A stretch of 46,647 nucleotides of DNA from Anaerolineae bacterium (GCA_034434895.1 DAOTYI010000280.1:1-46647), one strand, 5' to 3'. Positions 8,393 through 16,122 are shown, counted from the stretch's first letter. Translations and numbers: made by a program. The notes: generated from the letters alone by a model not told the origin.

Positions 8393-8497
8393 CAGCCTAC
8401 CCTCCCGCAGGCTTGGAATCTGGTTGAAATCGTTCGTTGCGTCCGACTATTCAACGAATTTCTGCCTGAAACTGCTGCCAAGCCTGCGGGAGGGTGA
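8372..8497 (+). CDS. 41-codon ORF created by the duplicated ACP start (possible leader or decoy peptide; may not be functional)
   Basis: ATG 8372 sits behind the duplicated GAAGGAG SD. It reads MTREEIFQPTLPQAWNLVEIVRCVRLFNEFLPETAAKPAGG and stops at TGA 8495..8497, 8 nt before the second SD. Confidence 0.2.
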   Translation: MTREEIFQPTLPQAWNLVEIVRCVRLFNEFLPETAAKPAGG

Positions 8498-8505
8498 GCA
8501 GTTAC
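8393..8505. mobile_element. 113-nt palindromic (MITE-like) insertion between the two 39-nt direct repeats
   Basis: Perfect 18-bp inverted repeat ACCCTCCCGCAGGCTTGG (8399..8416) / CCAAGCCTGCGGGAGGGT (8478..8495) around a 61-nt AT-richer loop. No coding capacity. Confidence 0.55.
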
Positions 8506-8544
8506 GAAGGAGACAGGTTCAGAATGACTCGTGAGGAAATTTTT
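8506..8544 (+). repeat. direct repeat copy 2 (functional SD and start of the ACP gene)
   Basis: Identical 39 nt to 8354..8392, continuing into the intact ACP reading frame. Confidence 0.95.
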
Positions 8545-8775
8545 GCCGTGATCAAGGCCAACATTCAGGAGATCATCCCCGGCGCCAGGGGGAAAGAGAT
8601 CCTGGAATCGAATAGCATGCGCGATTTTGGCGCCGACTCTTTAGAGGTCGTCGAGGTGGTCTCGCGTTCGATGAAGCAGTTGCGCATCAAAGTGCCGCGC
8701 AGCGAGTTGTTGGAAGTGCGGGATCTGAAGGGCCTGCTGGATGTCTTTGAAAAAGCCGCGGCCCAAACCCGGTGA
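8524..8775 (+). CDS. acyl carrier protein (dedicated)
   Basis: 83 aa from ATG 8524 (SD GAAGGAG at 8506..8512). DFGADSLEVVEVV carries the DSL phosphopantetheine-attachment serine. The ORF-track start at 8494 (GTG) is less likely. Confidence 0.88.
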   Translation: MTREEIFAVIKANIQEIIPGARGKEILESNSMRDFGADSLEVVEVVSRSMKQLRIKVPRSELLEVRDLKGLLDVFEKAAAQTR

Positions 8776-9481
8776 GGGCCGGTTGCGGCTGGTCCTCCTG
8801 GCCGACCAGGGTCAGCCGCCTGACCTGCTCCTGATGAGGTTGTCGCCGGCCGAGCGCGAACAGGCCGAACAGCGCTGGCCGGCCGGGTGCCGTCGCCGCC
8901 AGTTCCTGTTGGGCCGGCTGGCTGCGCATCGGGCTGTGCAGCGGCTGCTGGCCGGCCGGGTGCCCCCCCCTTCGATCCAGGTGCTCAGCGGGCCGGCCGG
9001 CGAGCCGCGGGCGCGCGTGGACGGGGTTGAGGGCCTCGTCTCGGTCTCGTTGGCCCATTCAGGGCGGCTGGCGCTGGCCTGCGCCTGGCCGGGCGCCAGG
9101 TGCCACACCGGCGTGGACCTGGAACGGGTCCGCCCGACCGACGTGGCGCACAGCCGCTATGCCTTTTCGCGCCGGGAGCGTGCCCTGTTGGCCCGCGCCC
9201 CGGAGGGGCTGGCGCTGGCCGGACTCGCCGCCTGGACGGCCAAAGAGGCGGCCTGGAAGGCGTTGTGGCCCCATCAGCCGGTCAGCCCGGCCGGGGTCGA
9301 GATCCGGGCGCTGGACCTGGAACGGGGGTGCGCTGTGGTCCAGGCCCCGCCCGGCCGTTCGCAGTTTGAGGTGCGGCTCGGCCTCATCGCCGGCCCAGAC
9401 GGTCCCTATCTCCTGTCCATCGCCCAACTCACGCAATATGCAGCACAGAACCCATATGCGGGAGACGTCAACCATGAGTAA
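8741..9481 (+). CDS. 4'-phosphopantetheinyl transferase (Sfp-type)
   Basis: About 246 aa. GVDLERV and WTAKEAAWKAL match the PPTase motifs (G-x-D-x-E, W/F-x-x-K-E-A-x-x-K). The start is uncertain: ATG 8741 overlaps the ACP by 35 nt, and TTG 8783 is an alternative. Confidence 0.8.
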   Translation: MSLKKPRPKPGEGRLRLVLLADQGQPPDLLLMRLSPAEREQAEQRWPAGCRRRQFLLGRLAAHRAVQRLLAGRVPPPSIQVLSGPAGEPRARVDGVEGLVSVSLAHSGRLALACAWPGARCHTGVDLERVRPTDVAHSRYAFSRRERALLARAPEGLALAGLAAWTAKEAAWKALWPHQPVSPAGVEIRALDLERGCAVVQAPPGRSQFEVRLGLIAGPDGPYLLSIAQLTQYAAQNPYAGDVNHE

Positions 9482-10766
9482 CCAGAGCCACGCCGATGAG
9501 CACCGGGTCGTCGTCACCGGCCTGGGCATCATCACCCCCATCGGCGAGACCCCCGCCGGGTTCCGTGACTCCTTGCGGGCCGGCCGTTCCGGCATCACCC
9601 GCTGGAAGCGGATGGATGAACGCTGCCTGTCCAAGATCGGCGGTGACCTGAGCGATTTTGACCTGGCTGCCCATCTGGAGCGGGTTGGGGCGGGCTATCC
9701 GCCGCATCTGGTCGAGCGCGCTCACACCGTCCTGCGCGCCACGCCGCTCACAGGACGGCTGGCTGCGGCTGCTGCCCTGCAGGCCTTCGTGGATGCCGGG
9801 TTGCCTAATGCCGGGCTGGAGCCGGAGCGGGTGGCACACCTGTTCGGCGGCAACAACCTGAACATGAACTATTTCGTCCAGAACGTGCTGGAATTCAACG
9901 AGGATCCAGATTACATAGACCCTCTCCTGGGCGTGGTCCTGTGGGACACCGACATCCTGGGCAAGATCGGCGAGCTGTTGACGGTCAAAGGCCCCAACTA
10001 TATGATCGGCAATGCCTGTGCCAGTGGCAATGTGGCCCTGCTCAACGGCCTGGACCTGCTGCGCTCCGGGCGGGTGGACGCGGTGGTCGTTTCGGCAGCG
10101 ACCCAGGAGCTGGACCCCGTGGCGCTCCAGGGGTGGGCGCTGGTGGACGCGCTGGTGTGGCGGAATTTCGCCGACGAGCCGCAGCGGGCCAGCCGTCCCT
10201 GGGACGTGCGGCGCGAAGGCTTTGTGCCGGGCGAGGGGGCCGGGGCGGTCATCCTGGAGACGCTGGCCGGGGCGCGGCGGCGGGGTGCCCGTGTCTATGC
10301 CGAACTGCTGGGCGGCGCGGTCACGTGCGATGCCACCCGCCTGCCCCGACCTGTGGTCGAGGGGCAGGTGCGCGTCATGCGCCAGGCCTTGCAGGCTGCT
10401 GGTATCGCCCCGGAGCAGGTGAACTATATCAACGCCCATGCCACCTCGACCCTTGTGGGCGATGCCGTCGAGGTGGCAGCCATCAAGGAGGTATTTGGCG
10501 AGTATGCCCGCCGCATCCCGGTCAACGCCACCAAATCGCTGATCGGCCATTGCCTGACGGCTGCCGCCCTGGTCGAGTTCGTGGCCCTCCTGGTGCAGAT
10601 GGAGTATGGCTTTTTGCACCCGACTCTCAACCTGGAGCAACCGGATGAGGGCTTTGACCTGGATTTTGTGCCCAATGTGACACGCCCCTATCAAATTGAG
10701 GTGGGTATGTCCAACTCGTTCGGTTTTGGCGGGCTGAACGCCTGCGTGATAGTGGCCCGGGTGTAG
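9474..10766 (+). CDS. beta-ketoacyl-[ACP] synthase (KAS I/II-like), tandem copy 1
   Basis: 430 aa from ATG 9474 (overlaps the PPTase stop, ATGAGTAA). Complete Cys-His-His triad: GNACASGNVAL, NAHATSTLVGDAVE, TKSLIGHCL, and C-terminal SNSFGFGGLN. The ORF-track N-terminal extension from 9027 is an in-frame artefact across the PPTase gene. Confidence 0.92.
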   Translation: MSNQSHADEHRVVVTGLGIITPIGETPAGFRDSLRAGRSGITRWKRMDERCLSKIGGDLSDFDLAAHLERVGAGYPPHLVERAHTVLRATPLTGRLAAAAALQAFVDAGLPNAGLEPERVAHLFGGNNLNMNYFVQNVLEFNEDPDYIDPLLGVVLWDTDILGKIGELLTVKGPNYMIGNACASGNVALLNGLDLLRSGRVDAVVVSAATQELDPVALQGWALVDALVWRNFADEPQRASRPWDVRREGFVPGEGAGAVILETLAGARRRGARVYAELLGGAVTCDATRLPRPVVEGQVRVMRQALQAAGIAPEQVNYINAHATSTLVGDAVEVAAIKEVFGEYARRIPVNATKSLIGHCLTAAALVEFVALLVQMEYGFLHPTLNLEQPDEGFDLDFVPNVTRPYQIEVGMSNSFGFGGLNACVIVARV

Positions 10767-10819
10767 GACAGGGAAAACCGGACCCGGGCATCGGTGGGCT
10801 TTTGTTGAGGGAGTTGAGC

Positions 10820-12121
10820 ATGGCCGCAAACAGGCGAGAGGATGAGCGCCGGGTGGTGGTGACCGGCATGGGCGTCGTCACCGCCATCGGCGAAACCCTG
10901 ACCGAATATCGGGACTCGCTTCAGGCCGGGCGTTCGGGCATCACCCGCTGGAAGCAGATGGACGGGCGCATCTATTCCAGGATCGGCGGCGACCTGAGCG
11001 ATTTCGACCTGAAGGCCCACCTGGCCCACGTCGGGGCGGACTATCCGCCTGACCTGGTGGAGCAGGCGCTGCGGCTGCTGCGCGCCACCCCGCTCCCCGG
11101 CCGGCTGACGGCCGCAGCCGACCTGCAGGCCTTTCTCGACGCCGGCCTGGAGGGGGCGCCCTATGACCCGGAGCGGTTCGGGCATGTGCTGGCCGGGCAT
11201 AACCTGAGCACCCGCTATATCTACGACAACGTGTTGACATTGCAGGAGGAGCCGGAGTTCATTGACCCGCTCTACGCCCTGATGTTCCTGGACACCGATG
11301 TGCTGTCGGTTGGCTCGGAGCTGCTGGGCTTGAAAGGCCCCAGTTTTTCCGTCGGCGGGGCGTGCGCCAGCGGCAATGTGGCGCTGCTGATGGCGCTGGA
11401 CCTGCTCCGTGCTGGCCGGGCCGAGGCGGTGTTGGTCAGCGGCGGCTCGGTGGACCTGGACCCGGTGGTGCTCCAGAGTTGGGCCATCATGGATGCCATC
11501 TCGGTGCGCTCCTTCAACGACGAACCGTGGCGGGCCAGCCGCCCCTTCGATGTCCGGCGCGAAGGCTTTGTCCCGGCGGAAGGGGCCGGGGCGGTGGTGC
11601 TGGAGACGCTGGCCGGGGCGCGGCGGCGCGGTGCCCGCATCCATGCCGAACTGTTGGGCGGGGCATCGGCCTCCGACGCCTCGCGGCTGCCCAAACCCAA
11701 CGCCGAGGGGCAGGCGCGGGCCATGCGCCTGGCCCTCCAGGATGCGCAGGTCGCCCCGGAACAGGTCAACTATATCAACGCCCATGCCACTTCTACGGTG
11801 CTGGGCGACCTTGTCGAGGTGCAGGCCATCAAAGAGCTGTTTGGCGCGCACGCCCGCCGCATCCCGGTCAACGCCACCAAGTCTCTTCTCGGCCACTGCC
11901 TGACTTCGGCCGGCATCGTCGAGCTGATCGCTACGGTGTTGCAGATGGAGTATGGCTTTCTGCACCCGACCCTCAACCTGGAGGAACCGGAACCGGGCCT
12001 GGACCTGGATTTTGTGCCCCATCAGGCGCGACCCTATCAGATCGAGGTGGCCCTGTCCAACGCCTTTGGCTTTGGTGGGCTGAACACCTGCATCGTCGTC
12101 GGCAGGGCGGACTGGCTCTAA
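10820..12121 (+). CDS. beta-ketoacyl-[ACP] synthase (KAS I/II-like), tandem copy 2
   Basis: ATG 10820 with GAGGGAG upstream. GGACASGNVAL, NAHATSTVLGDLVE, TKSLLGHCL and SNAFGFGGLN, so the active-site Cys is retained and this is not a chain-length-factor type. Roughly two-thirds identical to copy 1 by eye. Confidence 0.92.
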   Translation: MAANRREDERRVVVTGMGVVTAIGETLTEYRDSLQAGRSGITRWKQMDGRIYSRIGGDLSDFDLKAHLAHVGADYPPDLVEQALRLLRATPLPGRLTAAADLQAFLDAGLEGAPYDPERFGHVLAGHNLSTRYIYDNVLTLQEEPEFIDPLYALMFLDTDVLSVGSELLGLKGPSFSVGGACASGNVALLMALDLLRAGRAEAVLVSGGSVDLDPVVLQSWAIMDAISVRSFNDEPWRASRPFDVRREGFVPAEGAGAVVLETLAGARRRGARIHAELLGGASASDASRLPKPNAEGQARAMRLALQDAQVAPEQVNYINAHATSTVLGDLVEVQAIKELFGAHARRIPVNATKSLLGHCLTSAGIVELIATVLQMEYGFLHPTLNLEEPEPGLDLDFVPHQARPYQIEVALSNAFGFGGLNTCIVVGRADWL

Positions 12122-12122
12122 A

Positions 12123-12225
12123 AGTTTGTCTGAAAACCACCAGGACACAAAGGACACCAAAGGCACCATGCGCTTTTTATTCGTTTCCTTCGTGTTCCTT
12201 TGTGGCCTTTGTGGTAAGCTTTTCA
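12123..12225. mobile_element. palindromic element copy C, flanked by a 13-nt direct repeat GACTGGCTCTAAA (12110..12122 and 12226..12238)
   Basis: The arms GTCTGAAAACCACCAGGACACAAAGGACACCAAAGGCAC (12128..12166) and CGTGTTCCTTTGTGGCCTTTGTGGTAAGCTTTTCAGAC (12191..12228) are near-perfect reverse complements. The first direct-repeat copy contains the KS2 stop codon. Confidence 0.65.
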
Positions 12226-12248
12226 GACTGGCTCTAAAGGAAACGGGA

Positions 12249-13163
12249 ATGGGTATCGCTTTTCTCTTTGCCGGACAGGGCAGCCAGGTCGTGGGCATGG
12301 GCAGCGACCTGGCCGCCTCGTGCGAAAAGTGCCGGCGGCTGTTTGCGGCTGCCGACGCGACCCTGGGCTTTTCTCTGTCCCGGATCATGGCCGAAGGACC
12401 GGCGGGAGAGCTGCGGCGCACGGCGATCACCCAGCCGGCCGTGTTGACCCTCAGCGTCGCCCAGGCGCGCCACCTGATGTCGCTGGGGGTCGTCCCGGAT
12501 ATGCTGGCCGGGCATAGTCTGGGCCAGAGCTCGGCCCTGGTGATCGCCGGTGTGCTGGACTTTGAGGCGGCAGTATGGCTTGTGGCTGAACGGGGCCGGC
12601 TGATGCAAGAGACGGTGCCGGAGGGGGAAGGGGCGATGATGGCCATTGTCGGGCTGGAAGGGGAGAGGGTTGAGGCCGCCTGCCGGGCGGCGCAGTCCCT
12701 GGGGGCGGTGTCGGTCGCCGGTTACAATGCCCCCCGCCAGACGGTGATCTCAGGGGCGCGCGCGGCGGTCGAGGCGGCAGCCGGGTTTTGCGAGGAGGAG
12801 GGCGCGGCGGCGGTGCCCCTGGCCGTAAGCGCGCCGTTTCACTGTGACCTGCTGCGGCCGATGGTGCCGGCCTTTGCCGCGCTGGCGGCCTGTGTGCCTT
12901 TTGCCGATCCGCGCCTGCCGGTGATTGACAATGTCACGGCGCGCCCCCTGGCCGATGCAGCCGCCGCCCGACAATCGTTGATCGAGCAGATTACGGCCCC
13001 GGTCCGCTTTGAGGAGAGCCTGCGCTATTTGATGGATGTCGGGATAGATTGCTTTGTGCAGTGTGGTCCGGGGGATAGCCTGCTGGCTTTTGCCCGACGG
13101 GTCAGCCGCAAGGCAAAACTCCTGACCTTCGAGGAGGCGGTCCAGGATGCCTGTGCGGTTTGA
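12249..13163 (+). CDS. fabD: malonyl CoA-[ACP] transacylase
   Basis: From ATG 12249: IAFLFAGQGSQ, the GHSLGQSSAL nucleophile elbow, and the SAPFHCDLL histidine motif. The ORF-track start at 12126 reads through the palindromic element and is rejected. Confidence 0.93.
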   Translation: MGIAFLFAGQGSQVVGMGSDLAASCEKCRRLFAAADATLGFSLSRIMAEGPAGELRRTAITQPAVLTLSVAQARHLMSLGVVPDMLAGHSLGQSSALVIAGVLDFEAAVWLVAERGRLMQETVPEGEGAMMAIVGLEGERVEAACRAAQSLGAVSVAGYNAPRQTVISGARAAVEAAAGFCEEEGAAAVPLAVSAPFHCDLLRPMVPAFAALAACVPFADPRLPVIDNVTARPLADAAAARQSLIEQITAPVRFEESLRYLMDVGIDCFVQCGPGDSLLAFARRVSRKAKLLTFEEAVQDACAV

Positions 13164-13824
13164 TGGCCAGGGCTGGGTGGTGGTCGGCGGCGCCGAGGGG
13201 ATCGGGCAGGAGGTGGCCCTGCTGGCGGCCCGGCGCGGCGCAACGGTCCTCTGTAGCGGACGGCCGGGGAGCGAAGCGGCGGCGGCCGACCTCCTGGCGG
13301 CTGCCCGCCAGGCGGGGGTGGCGGAGCGGCTCCTGTTCGTCGTCGCCGATCCGGCGTCGCCGGAGGAGGTGGAACGGCTGTTCGACCAGGCCGGGGAGCA
13401 GTTCTTCACCCTGCATGTGCTGGTGTTCAACGGCGCAGACGGACCGGTCCTGGCCGACGGACCTCTGGCCGAGACCTCGCTGGCGGAGTGGAATCAAAAC
13501 CTGGCCGTCCACCTGCGCGGGCCGTTCCTGGTCGTGCAGCGGGTGTTGCAGGAGTTCCTGGCCGGCGGCGAGGGAGGGCGGATTGTGTGCCTCATCCCGG
13601 CCGGGACTGAGGGCCTGGGCCAGGCCGTGGCCGGGTCGGCGCTGCGTTCCCTGGTGCGCAGCGTGGCCAAGGAGTATGGACGGCGGGGGATCGCCTGCAA
13701 CGCCGTACTCGTGCCGGATGAGCCGGCCCAGGCCGTCGCCGAGACGGTGCTGTTTCTGGCCTCGGCAGAAGCTTCATTTGTGAACGGCGAGGTGCTGAAT
13801 CTGGAGAGGAGGAGGGATGATTAA
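13147..13824 (+). CDS. SDR-fold protein lacking the catalytic Tyr/Lys pair (probable non-catalytic or divergent partner)
   Basis: Rossmann GGAEGIG and an NGAD (NNAG-like) motif are present. The expected S...YxxxK segment reads IPAGTEGLGQAVAGSALRSLVRSVAKE, with no Tyr or Lys in register. Confidence 0.6.
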   Translation: MPVRFDGQGWVVVGGAEGIGQEVALLAARRGATVLCSGRPGSEAAAADLLAAARQAGVAERLLFVVADPASPEEVERLFDQAGEQFFTLHVLVFNGADGPVLADGPLAETSLAEWNQNLAVHLRGPFLVVQRVLQEFLAGGEGGRIVCLIPAGTEGLGQAVAGSALRSLVRSVAKEYGRRGIACNAVLVPDEPAQAVAETVLFLASAEASFVNGEVLNLERRRDD

Positions 13825-14353
13825 AGGCAAACGGGTGATTCTCAGGCCGGTGGAGGAGCGTGACCTGCCGCTGCTGGCCCGCTGGCGCAACGATCCGGAA
13901 AACCGGCGTTTCTTTTTCTCCCCGTTCCTCATCAACCCGGGGGGGCAGAAAAAGTGGTACGAGGAACTGCTGGCCGACCGCAACCGCATCATCCTGATGA
14001 TTGAGACCGTGGAGGGCAAGACGGTGGGCATGATCGGCCTGGACAAGATTGACTGGCGCAATCAAGAGGCGGAGAACGGCATCTTTTTGCTCGACCCGGA
14101 GGAGCGGGGCCACGGCTATGCCGAGGAGGCGGGCCTGTTGATGATCGAGTATGCCTTCAACGAGCTGAACCTGCACCGCCTGTACGCCGTCATTTACGAT
14201 TTCAATCACGGCGTGATTGAGATGAGCAGGCTGTTTGGCTTCAAGCAAGAGGGGGTACTGCGCCAGGCGGCCTTTACCGGCGGTCGGTTTCACGACAAAG
14301 TGATCATGGGTCTGCTGCGGGAGGAGTGGCAGGCCGACCAGGTGGGAGAGTAG
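13817..14353 (+). CDS. GNAT-family N-acyltransferase (RimJ/RimL-like, Acetyltransf_3-like)
   Basis: 178 aa. RVILRPVEERDLPLLARWRNDPE... and ...GHGYAEEA...YAF.ELNLHRLYA.I..FN are typical of this GNAT subgroup. Confidence 0.8.
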   Translation: MIKGKRVILRPVEERDLPLLARWRNDPENRRFFFSPFLINPGGQKKWYEELLADRNRIILMIETVEGKTVGMIGLDKIDWRNQEAENGIFLLDPEERGHGYAEEAGLLMIEYAFNELNLHRLYAVIYDFNHGVIEMSRLFGFKQEGVLRQAAFTGGRFHDKVIMGLLREEWQADQVGE

Positions 14354-14356
14354 CCG

Positions 14357-15610
14357 TTGACGCTGGGAACTGACCTGCCGGCTGCCCCGGCGGTGCGTGT
14401 GCACGCCCTGGGGGCTTTCCGGCACAGCAACTATCGCCTCTATCTTCTGAGCACCGTGGTGTCGCAGATCGGCACCTGGATGCAATACCTGGCCGAAGGG
14501 TTGCTCATCTACCGCCTGACCCAGGCCCCTCTGGCGCTGGGGTTGCTGGGCTTTTTGCCGCTGCTGCCTCTGGTGCCCCTCATGTTCCTCGGCGGTGCCC
14601 TGGCCGACCGGTTGCCCCGGCAGAAATATCTGATCTGGGTGCAGATGGCCGCCGTGTTGCCGCCCTTGTGGCTGGCCGCCCTCACCTGGACCGGCCGGGT
14701 GCAGGTGTGGCACGTGATCCTGGTCGAGATACTGATCCAGAGCCTGGCCACCCTGGACAAACCGGCCCGCCAGGCGCTGATCGTGGACACGGTGGAGATG
14801 CAGGACCTGGATGCAGGTGTGGCGCTCAGCGCCTCGGTGTTCAACCTGTCGCGGGTGATCGGCCCGGCTCTGGGTGGGTTGCTGGTCGCCTGGGCCGGCG
14901 AAGGGGTCTGTTTTGCCCTGAACGCGGTCAGTTTTCTGGCTTCGGGGATCGCCTTGCGGTTGCTGCGTTTGCCCTCCTCGGAGGCAGCGGCCCGTAGCCG
15001 GTCGCCGGAGGGCGGGATGCTGGGCGGGGTGCGCTATCTGGCGCGTGAACGGTTCCTGGCTGCCGCTCTGGGGTTGTCGCTGCTGGTCAGCCTGTTCGTC
15101 ATGCCCTATCAGCGGTTTCTACCGGTCTTTGCTCTGGACATCCTGGACGTGGGAGAGGTGGGGTTGGGGGTGCTGAACGCCCTGGCCGGGTTGGGGGCGG
15201 TGTTGGGCGCCGTTGCCCTGGCCGGCGTGGTGAGCCGCTGGCCGGGTCGGCGTGGCAAACTGGCTTGGGGGTTGGCGTTGCTGGTCGGGCCGCTGCTGGC
15301 CCTGTTTGCCCTTGCCCGCTCTGCCTGGCTGTCGGGCCTGATGGTCATGCTGGTCGGCGCGGGGGTGGTGGCCGTGCGCAGCCTGGCCTTTACCCTGGTC
15401 CAGGTCTATGTGCCGGACGAGTTGCGGGGGCGGACACTCAGCATTGTGATTCTGCTATCGGTCGGCGCCGTGCGGGTGGGCGAGCTGGCCGTCGGTTTCC
15501 TGGCTTCTCACGCCGGCGTGACCCCGCCCCTGCTGTTGGCAGCAGGGGCCTGCCTGCTCGGCACCGCTGCCCTGGGGCTGCTGGTGCCCCGGCTGCGCCA
15601 CGCTCCCTGA
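14357..15610 (+). CDS. MFS transporter (MFS_3/EntS-like architecture)
   Basis: 417 aa, about 12 hydrophobic helices. The N-terminal [23 protein letters not shown] is typical of this MFS subgroup. TTG start 4 nt after the GNAT stop. Confidence 0.8.
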   Translation: MTLGTDLPAAPAVRVHALGAFRHSNYRLYLLSTVVSQIGTWMQYLAEGLLIYRLTQAPLALGLLGFLPLLPLVPLMFLGGALADRLPRQKYLIWVQMAAVLPPLWLAALTWTGRVQVWHVILVEILIQSLATLDKPARQALIVDTVEMQDLDAGVALSASVFNLSRVIGPALGGLLVAWAGEGVCFALNAVSFLASGIALRLLRLPSSEAAARSRSPEGGMLGGVRYLARERFLAAALGLSLLVSLFVMPYQRFLPVFALDILDVGEVGLGVLNALAGLGAVLGAVALAGVVSRWPGRRGKLAWGLALLVGPLLALFALARSAWLSGLMVMLVGAGVVAVRSLAFTLVQVYVPDELRGRTLSIVILLSVGAVRVGELAVGFLASHAGVTPPLLLAAGACLLGTAALGLLVPRLRHAP

Positions 15611-15649
15611 GCCGTGGAAAGCGTTTGTTGCCTGAAGAGGAGACATATT

Positions 15650-16107
15650 TGTTTACCGCTGAGAACGCAGAGGGCGCTGGGATGAAAGAACGGGAAAATC
15701 TAGATCAGATCACGGCGAGCAGTATCGGTGCAGCTATTGAAGTGCACCGCGCCTTGGGGCCTGGCCTCCTGGAGTCGGCGTATGAAACTTGTCTGACTTT
15801 TGAATTGGCCCAACGCGGCCTGAAGGTGGAACAACAGAAACCCCTGCCCGTGGTCTATCGGGAGGTCAAGCTGGATTGTGGCTACCGCCTGGATCTTCTC
15901 GTCGAAGAAGCAGTCATTGTCGAGGTTAAGGCCGTTGATCGCCTGATGCCGATTCATCAGGCTCAGTTGCTTTCCTACCTGAAGCTTTCTGGTTGCAAGG
16001 TGGGCTTGCTGATCAACTTCAATGTCAGGGTCCTGAAGGATGGCATTCGCCGCGTGGTGAATGATTTTCCAGATTCTCTGCGTCCTCCGCGGGCTCTGCG
16101 GTAAACA
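15650..16107. mobile_element. hairpin-bracketed cassette carrying the GxxExxY gene
   Basis: The left arm TGTTTACCGCTGAGAACGCAGAGGGCGC (15650..15677) is an imperfect reverse complement of TTCTCTGCGTCCTCCGCGGGCTCTGCGGTAAACA (16074..16107), with the first 10 nt (TGTTTACCGC) perfect. The interior is visibly less GC-rich than its flanks. Confidence 0.45.
15682..16104 (+). CDS. GxxExxY protein (PD-(D/E)xK nuclease-like superfamily)
   Basis: 140 aa from ATG 15682. [24 protein letters not shown] (GxxExxY), then [18 protein letters not shown] (D..E.K) and [18 protein letters not shown], the hallmark layout of this family. Confidence 0.85.
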   Translation: MKERENLDQITASSIGAAIEVHRALGPGLLESAYETCLTFELAQRGLKVEQQKPLPVVYREVKLDCGYRLDLLVEEAVIVEVKAVDRLMPIHQAQLLSYLKLSGCKVGLLINFNVRVLKDGIRRVVNDFPDSLRPPRALR

Positions 16108-16122
16108 GATACGGAGAGGCAT

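Noticed and set aside
9027-9473. N-terminal extensions in the ORF track: KS1 from 9027, FabD from 12126, GxxExxY from 15265, paralogs 2 and 3 from 20664 and 22402, the ACP from 8494, and the GT-C gene from 2044.
   Set aside because: The extensions run through upstream genes or palindromic repeats and translate to Arg/Trp/Pro-rich or repeat-derived peptides. Internal ATGs with SD motifs start exactly where family homology begins.
6255-13824. Type II polyketide (KS/CLF) or aryl-polyene cluster interpretation of the KS-KS-ACP block.
   Set aside because: Both KS keep the active-site Cys, so there is no CLF. An enoyl reductase of FabL type is present, implying saturated chains. There are no cyclase, aromatase, ammonia-lyase or LolA/MMPL-type genes.
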